From a virus (taxonomy: Duplodnaviria > Heunggongvirae > Uroviricota > Caudoviricetes), in IMG/VR virus record IMGVR_UViG_642973540_000001: DNA of 20,576 nucleotides; one strand, given 5' to 3'. The notes under the pieces are model-generated. The model was given only the letters and a program-made list of their open reading frames with translations. It did no database searches and was not told the DNA's origin. The position numbers and the translations under genes were made by a program. Positions 8,482 to 15,274 of the stretch are shown piece by piece; the first letter of the stretch is position 1, and each line of letters opens with the position of its first letter.

Positions 8482-9264
8482 ATGGTCGTTGACATTTTCA
8501 CTGGTGATTTGTTCACAGAGTTTCGTAAAGGTAACTTTGATGTAATCGCACAAGGTTGTAACTGTCATAACATGATGGGTGCAGGTATCGCAGTGTACTT
8601 TGCAAAGTTCTATCCTGAGTGCTTCAGTGCTGACACACAGGCATACGACTATTACACAGAGAAGGATTCTCACAAGGAAATGTTGGGTAAGATTTCTGTT
8701 GCCCTTACGAAAGACGGCCTTGTAGCTAACCTCTACACCCAATTCAACGGTGGTCGTAACGCTGATTACTTTGCTATGGCAGAGTCTTTCAAGCATCTTG
8801 ACGATTTCCTTTTAGAGAAAATCGGGAAAGGCTATCGTTTAGGTCTACCGTTTATTGGGGCTGGAATCGGAGGGCTTGATATTAATGCGGTCATTGCTCT
8901 GGCTGATTCTGTTCTGGTTAATGGTGATGTGTATTTCATTCGTCATCCAAATGATGTTAACAATTTCATCATCAGTAAACAGTTCAAAGCCAAGACGCCA
9001 GCTAACCCACGTTACACCTATCTCTTATCAGATGGGTTATTCTTCTCGGTGTGTAAGGATGGACGGGTTGATGAGTTACCCTCCAAGTTACCCTTCCAGC
9101 ATCAAAAGCTCAAGAGTTTGAAATGCTTAGGTGATGGTAAGTTAGGTGGCAAAGTGTTCACTAATAAATATGAGCGTGTATTAGAGAGTGCTCTTATTAT
9201 ACCTGCTGAGAATTGGGGTGGACAACAACTTAATATTCAGTTGGGTGATAACATACCTGAGTAA
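8482..9264 (+). CDS. Macrodomain (ADP-ribose processing) protein with C-terminal extension
   Basis: GDLF, IAQGCNC...MGAGIA, VANLYTQ and LPFIGAGIGG are canonical macrodomain motifs. About 100 extra C-terminal residues are unassigned. Confidence 0.85.
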   Translation: MVVDIFTGDLFTEFRKGNFDVIAQGCNCHNMMGAGIAVYFAKFYPECFSADTQAYDYYTEKDSHKEMLGKISVALTKDGLVANLYTQFNGGRNADYFAMAESFKHLDDFLLEKIGKGYRLGLPFIGAGIGGLDINAVIALADSVLVNGDVYFIRHPNDVNNFIISKQFKAKTPANPRYTYLLSDGLFFSVCKDGRVDELPSKLPFQHQKLKSLKCLGDGKLGGKVFTNKYERVLESALIIPAENWGGQQLNIQLGDNIPE

Positions 9265-9274
9265 TATATTTAAC

Positions 9275-9299
9275 AGCCTCCTTAATCGGGGGCTTTTTT
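9275..9299 (+). terminator. Intrinsic terminator ending the left gene block
   Basis: AGCCTCC-TTAATC-GGGGGCT followed by a T-run. Confidence 0.85.
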
Positions 9300-9318
9300 A
9301 TTTTCATTACCGGACAGC

Positions 9319-9460
9319 TTTTTCATTTTCAATTTGTGCATAGGAACTGGCAACGTTTTTTATTTTAAAATCGTGCATAAGGTCTGGCAAGAAAAATCAT
9401 TTTCGATTTGTGCATAGAAGGTCTGGAGGGGTTTTTCATTTTGAATTTGTGCATAGAGAA
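9319..9460. repeat. Four tandem 37-39 bp repeats
   Basis: Core GTGCATA at 9336, 9373, 9410 and 9449. Each is preceded by an ATTTT..AT..-type T-rich tract; the first three are followed by CTGG. Confidence 0.9.
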
Positions 9461-9594
9461 GGGAACCGCTAAATAACGCCCACCCTCCCCTCTACCGTGT
9501 GCCGAAATATCATCCGGCAGCAGTATCATTTTCAGCCTTGTAAGCATTTTGTCTTTACATTCAGAGACTTAGCCAGCCCCTCAACATGTGAAAT

Positions 9595-9624
9595 AGTATA
9601 AGCGATTTGATGAAATAACGTCAA
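9595..9624 (-). promoter_or_regulatory. Leftward sigma70-like promoter
   Basis: Minus strand reads AAAAAATCGC-TTGACG-N18-TATACT. Confidence 0.7.
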
Positions 9625-9658
9625 GCGATTTTTTAAAGAATTTTTATTTTATTTTCTG

Positions 9659-9687
9659 TTGACTTTAAATCTGGCTACCTTTATATT
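9659..9687 (+). promoter_or_regulatory. Rightward sigma70-like promoter opening the small-ORF island
   Basis: TTGACT-N17-TATATT with an AT-rich UP-like tract at 9625-9658. Confidence 0.8.
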
Positions 9688-9723
9688 TTCCGACATCGAA
9701 ACAACCTTACCGGAGTAAAAGAA

Positions 9724-10071
9724 ATGCAAGATTCATTTATTAGAATGTGTAAAGAAGTGGTTAACAACACTTGCCCTATTAATGTTATTTGCAACCCTGC
9801 TAAACATTCATACCATACCGCGATTAATTCAAAGGTATCTAATGAGGACGCTTACAAATACTTTAAAGGGTGTGTTGTTCGTTGCCCTGATGAAAAAGTT
9901 TTAGCAACAGTGTCACACGTTATCATTACACGTGCTGATAAAAACATTATTGTATTCGGTTGTTATGAGGATGCAAGCAACTACTATAAAGAGCTTTTCC
10001 CTGTTGATGAAGAAAGAGAAAAGTTTTTAGAAAAACAGTTTGACAATGGTTATCTGGTTTTAGTAAAGTAA
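9724..10071 (+). CDS. Hypothetical early protein
   Basis: 115 aa, GGAG RBS, leader CGAAACAACCTT. Confidence 0.75.
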   Translation: MQDSFIRMCKEVVNNTCPINVICNPAKHSYHTAINSKVSNEDAYKYFKGCVVRCPDEKVLATVSHVIITRADKNIIVFGCYEDASNYYKELFPVDEEREKFLEKQFDNGYLVLVK

Positions 10072-10109
10072 CCCCATCGAAACGAAACAACCTTAAACAG
10101 GAATCAAAA

Positions 10110-10775
10110 ATGAATACTCCATTTATCGTAAACAGCAAGCAACGTGCAATTCTGGCCGACAACTCTTTCAACCCTGCAATCTCAAAAGAGGGTAAAAACA
10201 TTCGGGAAGGTGTAACGGTTCAGAAGTTTTTAAACCGTATGGCTATTTATTGTGAAGGTCTGAACCCGAAAGCTGAGGTATTTTTAGAAGCCCGTGAGTA
10301 TTCACAATCGCGGGACGTTTACGGCAACCGCACGGCGCATTATTGCGTTACTGTTATGATTGACGATAAGAAAGCGGGTAAATATTATCATCCGTTTGAA
10401 ATCGTGGGAAGCGGTTCACGCCGTCAACAAGTTGGCTATGGTAAAGACAACGGCGACATTACATACAGCCTTGAAAAGTTGGGCTATCCGGTTGAACTCA
10501 TTCAGCGTTATGAAGAGACAAGCGGCGCTGTTCGTTACACTTACAAACTTACAGCTTTAGAAAATATTGAAAAACTGTTTGACGTGGCAACGGGCAATCT
10601 GTACTATAGCGCAACGGTTGAAGGTTACGAGGTTAAAGCGCCTTTGTATTCTTTGATTGAAAAGAAAATTAAAAATCTTGTCTCACGTCGTCGTGATTCA
10701 AGCCGTAAGTTTCCGGTAACTATCAGCCGTCACAAAGGTGATAAAGTTTCAAAAGTTACCCGAATTAATTTCTAA
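10110..10775 (+). CDS. Hypothetical early protein
   Basis: 221 aa, conserved leader AAACAACCTTAAACAGGAATCAAAA. Confidence 0.8.
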   Translation: MNTPFIVNSKQRAILADNSFNPAISKEGKNIREGVTVQKFLNRMAIYCEGLNPKAEVFLEAREYSQSRDVYGNRTAHYCVTVMIDDKKAGKYYHPFEIVGSGSRRQQVGYGKDNGDITYSLEKLGYPVELIQRYEETSGAVRYTYKLTALENIEKLFDVATGNLYYSATVEGYEVKAPLYSLIEKKIKNLVSRRRDSSRKFPVTISRHKGDKVSKVTRINF

Positions 10776-10776
10776 A

Positions 10777-10864
10777 AAAGTGCTTTACACGGTGTTTATA
10801 CTTCGATAGTATAAGCACCAGATAAAGAGCTTTTACAAACAACCCTTACAAAGGAATCAAAACC
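10777..10864 (+). promoter_or_regulatory. Promoter-stem-loop-RBS cassette A1
   Basis: TTTACA (10784)-N17-TAGTAT inside an imperfect inverted repeat at 10777-10833, then the ACAACCCTT-AGGAATCAAAA leader. Confidence 0.85.
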
Positions 10865-11362
10865 ATGAATGCTACTTACTCAATTGTCAAGCCAACTTTT
10901 GAAATTCGTTTCACTGCTGAACTTTCAGAGTGTTGCCCCGCTTTCTTTAGCGACCAATGGAAACTTACAAACAATCATCAGGGCGGCGTGACAATCAAAA
11001 ATCCTTTAGCTTGTCGCAATAGCTATCCTTATGCAATTCCTTTACAATGCAGCTTGTCAGAGCTTACAGCCTCTTACGCTGAACAAGGGCAAGACAACCC
11101 GTCTAAAGCGGCTTACGATAGCTTACAGGCACAGCTAAAGCGTGATTTAGAAGCCAGTGAATATTTTATCACAGGTGCAATTTTTGACCTTGAAGGAAAC
11201 GAGGTGATTAATTCTGTTGCAATGGGTTACGCTTTTGATTATTCTTTCTTAGACAAGGAATCTTTAGAAGAGGCATTAAAACGCAACATCGACGATTCAG
11301 ATTGTGAAACGCAAATGATTGAAGCGGTAGAAGAGTTTAAGAAAAGAATCTCAAAAATCTAG
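10865..11362 (+). CDS. Hypothetical early protein (acidic)
   Basis: 165 aa behind cassette A1. Confidence 0.8.
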   Translation: MNATYSIVKPTFEIRFTAELSECCPAFFSDQWKLTNNHQGGVTIKNPLACRNSYPYAIPLQCSLSELTASYAEQGQDNPSKAAYDSLQAQLKRDLEASEYFITGAIFDLEGNEVINSVAMGYAFDYSFLDKESLEEALKRNIDDSDCETQMIEAVEEFKKRISKI

Positions 11363-11431
11363 TTGCAAAGGGGTTATGGTTATGAGATTATAACCCCGTC
11401 GAAACAAACAACCCTTATAAAGGAATCAATA
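11363..11431 (+). promoter_or_regulatory. Promoter-stem-loop-RBS cassette C1
   Basis: TTGCAA-N17-GATTAT with extended -10 TG, GGGGTTAT...ATAACCCC inverted repeat, conserved leader. Confidence 0.8.
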
Positions 11432-11713
11432 ATGAATGTCACTACTTATCGCAATCTGCCCCCTGTTATGGATATTACTCTTCGAGAAGGGCACGGAAAA
11501 GAAATGCAGTTTACTGATTTACGTGCTGAATATAAGCCTTTGTGGTGGCATGATGCCGGACTTTCTAAGACTAAAAGTGGTTACGGAAAAAATATCCCTA
11601 CGCCGTGGGCTGTCAATTGGGCTGGACGGTTGCGCCGTATTTATTCAACTTGTTACGGTAACGCTGCAAGCCTACACATAAACGTTAAAGGCAAAAAGAT
11701 TGCTGTAATGTAA
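11432..11713 (+). CDS. Small phage protein (SGYG.KIPT...RRIY..CYGN type)
   Basis: True start is ATG 11432 after the AGGA RBS; the TTG at 11363 is the -35 box. 93 aa. Confidence 0.75.
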   Translation: MNVTTYRNLPPVMDITLREGHGKEMQFTDLRAEYKPLWWHDAGLSKTKSGYGKNIPTPWAVNWAGRLRRIYSTCYGNAASLHINVKGKKIAVM

Positions 11714-11800
11714 TAAAGAGCTTTACAGGGTGTTTAGAGATTGATAATCTAAGCACCTGATAAAGAGCTTTATCAATCAACCCTTATAAAGGAAAACATC
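11714..11800 (+). promoter_or_regulatory. Promoter-stem-loop-RBS cassette B1
   Basis: TTTACA (11722)-N17-TAATCT with extended -10 TG, flanked by TAAAGAGCTTTA at 11714 and 11761. Confidence 0.85.
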
Positions 11801-12217
11801 ATGATTCTTTCACCGAAGACGTTTAGCCGTTCACTGGTTGCATCAAATGATTCTAAAGCGGCTGAACGTTTCAGCGCACAAGAGCTGGTAAAGGTTGCCC
11901 GTCAATTCCTTGCAACGTTCAAAGATAATCGGGAACGTTTCGCGGCTAACGTTTTGAACTTGACAAAATCCGTCGAAAATGTAGAATTCACACAAGGCGT
12001 TATCGCTGAAATTGATGATATTATGAAGCGCGGCACTAACTACGCGATGAATGAATCAAAAGCGTTTGAATTTGCAGTTAAAACCGTGTTAGTATGTGAT
12101 TATGGATTCACTAACATTGTCTCACACGGTATCAGTGATGCACTTTGGAAAGATTCAGAAAATCGTAAATTTATGCTTGACTTGAAATCTGATTTTCTGG
12201 CACAATCTGGTTACTAA
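11801..12217 (+). CDS. Hypothetical early protein
   Basis: 138 aa behind cassette B1. Confidence 0.8.
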   Translation: MILSPKTFSRSLVASNDSKAAERFSAQELVKVARQFLATFKDNRERFAANVLNLTKSVENVEFTQGVIAEIDDIMKRGTNYAMNESKAFEFAVKTVLVCDYGFTNIVSHGISDALWKDSENRKFMLDLKSDFLAQSGY

Positions 12218-12248
12218 TCTTACTAACTCTTAAACAGGAATAAACATC

Positions 12249-12464
12249 ATGAAAATTTTCTTCTCTTCTCGTTCTGCTATGCGTTCTGCTACTTTCGGTA
12301 AAGCAACTGACAACGGCAAAGAAGCTGCAAAACGTTGGTCACGTGACTTTGCAAAGGTTATCCGCGCCAAACGTGTTGAAGTTGTTCAGCAGGTTAACAG
12401 CGTGACAGGTAAAGTAAAACCTGTTAAAGTGACTTTCCGTAAATCTCGCAAAGTGACGGCATAA
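12249..12464 (+). CDS. Small, very basic protein
   Basis: 71 aa, K/R-rich, leader CTTAAACAGGAATAAA. Confidence 0.75.
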   Translation: MKIFFSSRSAMRSATFGKATDNGKEAAKRWSRDFAKVIRAKRVEVVQQVNSVTGKVKPVKVTFRKSRKVTA

Positions 12465-12465
12465 A

Positions 12466-12801
12466 ATGACGCAATCAACAGTAAATTATCTTATGGGGGG
12501 CGGCCTTGCCGCTCTTACTATCGGGGGCTTTTACCTCTTCAACCTTATCAAAGAGGTTAAGCAGGTGGACAAAAATAAAGGGGCTGTAAAATCGTTTTTA
12601 AGCGGCCTTACAGCGGCGCAAACGTCCCTTTTGATGTCGTCTATTACTCACGGTCACAACTTTGCAGGGGACTTTATAGCGGCCTTGAATGATGCGCAAA
12701 AATATCAATATTCGGGCTTGCTTTCCGTAATTGGTTCAGGTACATTAAAGCCATATTACAGCGAGATTGTAGAATCTCATCGGGAAAAAGTAAGAGGTTA
12801 A
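12466..12801 (+). CDS. Protein with N-terminal membrane anchor
   Basis: 111 aa, YLMGGGLAALTIGGFYLFNLI. Confidence 0.7.
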   Translation: MTQSTVNYLMGGGLAALTIGGFYLFNLIKEVKQVDKNKGAVKSFLSGLTAAQTSLLMSSITHGHNFAGDFIAALNDAQKYQYSGLLSVIGSGTLKPYYSEIVESHREKVRG

Positions 12802-12803
12802 AA

Positions 12804-12938
12804 ATGATTGGTCTGGTTATCGTCTTAGGTTTTATCGGTCTGTTTGCGGCTCGCGTTATCGGTGAATGCTTAGGCTTAATCAGACCTTTCGAGGATGTCT
12901 TAGCGGAGCGTGAAACGCTCAAAAAGAAAAGGGCTTGA
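12804..12938 (+). CDS. 44-aa membrane protein (not in ORF track)
   Basis: GAGG RBS. Translated by hand as MIGLVIVLGFIGLFAARVIGECLGLIRPFEDVLAERETLKKKRA. Fills the gap between neighbours exactly. Confidence 0.7.
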   Translation: MIGLVIVLGFIGLFAARVIGECLGLIRPFEDVLAERETLKKKRA

Positions 12939-12940
12939 TA

Positions 12941-13174
12941 ATGGAAGGTTTAGCGGGTATTCTGTTTGTGTTGATGGTTGTCGTGGTGATTCTCTGGTTA
13001 GCGTTACTACCTGCAATCATTGCAAACAAGAAAGAAAGCACTAACAAGGGTTTTATAATTGGCTTAACAATCATCGGCCTGTTTTTCTTCCCTTGCTGGA
13101 TTATCGCGCTGATTTGGGCTATTGTTGATTCATCAGCTAAACCCCAAAAAGTGATTTTAGTCAAAGAAGTTTAA
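12941..13174 (+). CDS. imm: Superinfection immunity protein, T4 Imm-like
   Basis: 77 aa from ATG 12941. LLPAIIA...WIIALIWAI and C-terminal AKPQKVILVKE parallel T4 Imm as recalled (LP..IA, W....IW, QP.QVIII.E). Confidence 0.75.
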   Translation: MEGLAGILFVLMVVVVILWLALLPAIIANKKESTNKGFIIGLTIIGLFFFPCWIIALIWAIVDSSAKPQKVILVKEV

Positions 13175-13261
13175 AAAGTGCTTTACACGGTGTTTAACTT
13201 TCGATAGTATAAGCACCAGATAAAGAGCTTTTACAAACAACCCTTATAAAGGAATCAAATC
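13175..13261 (+). promoter_or_regulatory. Promoter-stem-loop-RBS cassette A2
   Basis: Near-identical to A1. TTTACA (13182)-N17-TAGTAT. Confidence 0.85.
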
Positions 13262-13849
13262 ATGCTATGTGTTCACGGCACTACCTTAGAAAACTTCAAA
13301 ATGATGATTGCCAACGAGGGCAAGCCGTCCGGTGCATGGAACGTGTCAGAATGTGATGCCGCCACCTATTTTTATCCGCTGGATAAAATCGCTAAAGCTG
13401 AATGTTTAGAGGCTGATGATTTTGATTCAGAATCAGAATATCAAGACGCTATTTTACAGGCCGCTAAACGTCACGCAAGGGGCAATGCTATGACAACAGC
13501 CGCAATTGCTGAACGTGACACAAAACTAATTGTTTTCCTTGCCGATGTCCCTGAGCACCTTTTAGAGGATGATTATTCGTGTGACAACATGGCCGATATT
13601 GCCTCTTTCATCCATGAAGATGATTTTAAGGTTGAAATGATTCAAAGAATCTGGCAATATAGCTTTTTCGGTATCTTTAGCCCTTATTGTGTTCAACCTG
13701 ATAACCCTTACATGATGTCAATGAGTTATCATCTTGAACAAATGGCAAGGGCTATTCAGAATTCAAACGCTTATCTTTATGACACTATTGAGAATTCATT
13801 AGATGAGAGTGAAGAGCAAAAAGGTTTAGAATTTTTGATAAACATCTAA
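13262..13849 (+). CDS. Hypothetical early protein, candidate ADP-ribosyltransferase-like fold
   Basis: 195 aa. N-terminal VHGTTLENFKMMIANEG, then TYFY. ORF is solid; fold is tentative. Confidence 0.75.
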   Translation: MLCVHGTTLENFKMMIANEGKPSGAWNVSECDAATYFYPLDKIAKAECLEADDFDSESEYQDAILQAAKRHARGNAMTTAAIAERDTKLIVFLADVPEHLLEDDYSCDNMADIASFIHEDDFKVEMIQRIWQYSFFGIFSPYCVQPDNPYMMSMSYHLEQMARAIQNSNAYLYDTIENSLDESEEQKGLEFLINI

Positions 13850-13927
13850 AAAATCGCTTTACAGGGGGTTATGGTTATGAGATTATAACCCCGTCGAAAC
13901 AAACAACCCTTATAAAGGAATCAAAAC
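13850..13927 (+). promoter_or_regulatory. Promoter-stem-loop-RBS cassette C2
   Basis: AAAATCGC-TTTACA (13858)-N17-GATTAT, GGGGTTAT/ATAACCCC inverted repeat. Confidence 0.85.
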
Positions 13928-14254
13928 ATGCTGCACATTGCCCACATTCAAAACTACCGTTCACGCACTGCATCAGTTAAACGCTATGGCAAGTTTAAAG
14001 CGATGCGTTTTGAATGGTCTTGTTATCGTAAAATCCTGTCTTTTGACCGCTCAAAGTTCGTTTGTCAGTCTGAACCGCTGGAAAATCGTAAACTTGAAGC
14101 CCTAGCCCGTCACGCTGGTTTAGTTCTGGCAAAACACGGTCAAGACGTGGCAAATGATTTTGTTAACCGTTGCTTTACCGCTTTACCTTACACAAATAAT
14201 CTGACAGTTGGCCTTTTTATTGAACGTGTAGAATTTTTCGCAAATACTCACTAA
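13928..14254 (+). CDS. Hypothetical early protein (basic)
   Basis: 108 aa behind cassette C2. Confidence 0.8.
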   Translation: MLHIAHIQNYRSRTASVKRYGKFKAMRFEWSCYRKILSFDRSKFVCQSEPLENRKLEALARHAGLVLAKHGQDVANDFVNRCFTALPYTNNLTVGLFIERVEFFANTH

Positions 14255-14326
14255 AAGCGATTGCAAAGGGGTTATGGTTATGAGATTATAACCCCGTCGA
14301 AACAACCCTTAAAGAGGAATCAAAAC
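14255..14326 (+). promoter_or_regulatory. Promoter-stem-loop-RBS cassette C3
   Basis: TTGCAA (14261)-N17-GATTAT, same inverted repeat, GAGGAATCAAAA RBS. Confidence 0.8.
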
Positions 14327-14560
14327 ATGTTGCATCATCAAAGCGGTATGGTATGTTTAGAAGGTGGAATCGAAATCACTTTACCGAAACTGCAAGAAAT
14401 CTATCTTGATTGGATTAACAACTTTCTAACCGTTGAACGTTTCGCAGAATACTACGCCTTAACCGTTGAAGAGGCTAACGTAATCATTCAAGCGGGGCAT
14501 AAAATACAAGGGCTTTACGCTCAAATGCTCAAAGACTTACAATCGCTTGTTTTGAACTAA
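14327..14560 (+). CDS. Small phage protein (YLDW.NNFLTVERFAEYY type, HTH-like)
   Basis: True start ATG 14327; the TTG at 14261 is the -35 box. 77 aa. Confidence 0.75.
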   Translation: MLHHQSGMVCLEGGIEITLPKLQEIYLDWINNFLTVERFAEYYALTVEEANVIIQAGHKIQGLYAQMLKDLQSLVLN

Positions 14561-14642
14561 AAAGAGCTTTACAGGGTGTTTAGAGATTGATAATCTAAGC
14601 ACCTGATAAAGAGCTTTACAGTAACCCCCGTTAAGGTGCAAA
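14561..14642 (+). promoter_or_regulatory. Promoter-stem-loop-RBS cassette B2
   Basis: Core identical to B1. TTTACA (14568)-N17-TAATCT. Leader is divergent (AAGGTG RBS). Confidence 0.85.
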
Positions 14643-14921
14643 ATGAAACTCAGTGATGCAGAATCAAAGACAGTTAACCGCTTAATGCGTGACATCGGTT
14701 TTACTATTATGACCGCCTCAAAACATGCTGTTATGGAGTGGTACAACGGCGTAATAGACGGTAAAGAAAAGATGGTAAACCTTTGGCGCTTCAATGGTGA
14801 ATTACAGTTCGAACTTTACGACAACACACTAAAAAGCCCTGTAAAGTCTACAAAGGATTTAGAACAATCTTACACGATTTGGGCAAACGGTCACTTTATC
14901 ATCAACCCCAAAAAGGTATAA
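14643..14921 (+). CDS. Hypothetical early protein
   Basis: 92 aa behind cassette B2. Confidence 0.75.
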   Translation: MKLSDAESKTVNRLMRDIGFTIMTASKHAVMEWYNGVIDGKEKMVNLWRFNGELQFELYDNTLKSPVKSTKDLEQSYTIWANGHFIINPKKV

Positions 14922-14925
14922 AATC

Positions 14926-15171
14926 ATGGTACTCTTTCCAACTATTCTTTTAATCGCTTCAAGCTGTTCTAACCTGAATTCGTGCCAATTCTCGCAGCTT
15001 GATAGCTGGCAAGATGTCCCGGCTAGTGTGAGTGTTCAGGATTGCATAGAACGCCGCAAAGACTTTCCAGATGAGGAAACAGGCTGTTTTGTGTTAGCGG
15101 GTGAAGATTCTAAAACTCTCTCACTGGAAAACGTCGAAACAGGGGAATGGGTAGAAATCGACAAAGATTAA
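14926..15171 (+). CDS. Small, possibly exported Cys-containing protein
   Basis: 81 aa, hydrophobic N-terminus ending ILLIASSC, four Cys, acidic tail. Confidence 0.65.
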   Translation: MVLFPTILLIASSCSNLNSCQFSQLDSWQDVPASVSVQDCIERRKDFPDEETGCFVLAGEDSKTLSLENVETGEWVEIDKD

Positions 15172-15186
15172 ATTATTTTTCATCAG

Positions 15187-15274
15187 GGGGCTTTACAGCC
15201 CCTTTTTCGTTTTGCTATACTCTTTTCATCGGTTCAGCACTGAACCACAAACAACCCTTAAACAGGAATAAAAC
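15187..15274 (+). promoter_or_regulatory. Fused terminator/promoter cassette E
   Basis: GGGGCT-TTAC-AGCCCC-TTTTT terminator whose loop region holds TTTACA (15192)-N18-TATACT with extended -10 TG. Then hairpin GGTTCAG-CA-CTGAACC and the conserved leader. Confidence 0.8.

Noticed and set aside
9319-9460. Mini-CRISPR array
   Set aside because: Units are contiguous degenerate tandem repeats with no unique spacers of spacer length, and there are no cas genes.
9319-9460. Pseudo-ToxI (type III antitoxin mimic), given the ~37-nt unit
   Set aside because: The size fits and AAAU motifs recur on the minus strand. However, I could not find the complementary segments needed for the ToxI pseudoknot, nor clear similarity to ToxI as recalled. 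A covariance-model search would settle it.
9365-9547. 60-aa minus-strand ORF downstream of the leftward promoter
   Set aside because: No RBS, and its SMHK repeats merely reflect the DNA repeats, which fall out of frame (37-bp units). Translation is not strictly excluded.
11363-11431. ORF-track N-terminus MQRGYGYEIITPSKQ shared by ORFs at 11363 and 14261, suggesting a common leader peptide
   Set aside because: It is a translation of the repeated C cassette. The TTG is the -35 box; the real ATGs with RBS are at 11432 and 14327.
10777-14618. Integron attC sites and a true integron array
   Set aside because: Size and imperfect palindromy are reminiscent, but there are no GTTRRRY/RYYYAAC core sites and no tyrosine recombinase in the window, and the elements contain promoters.
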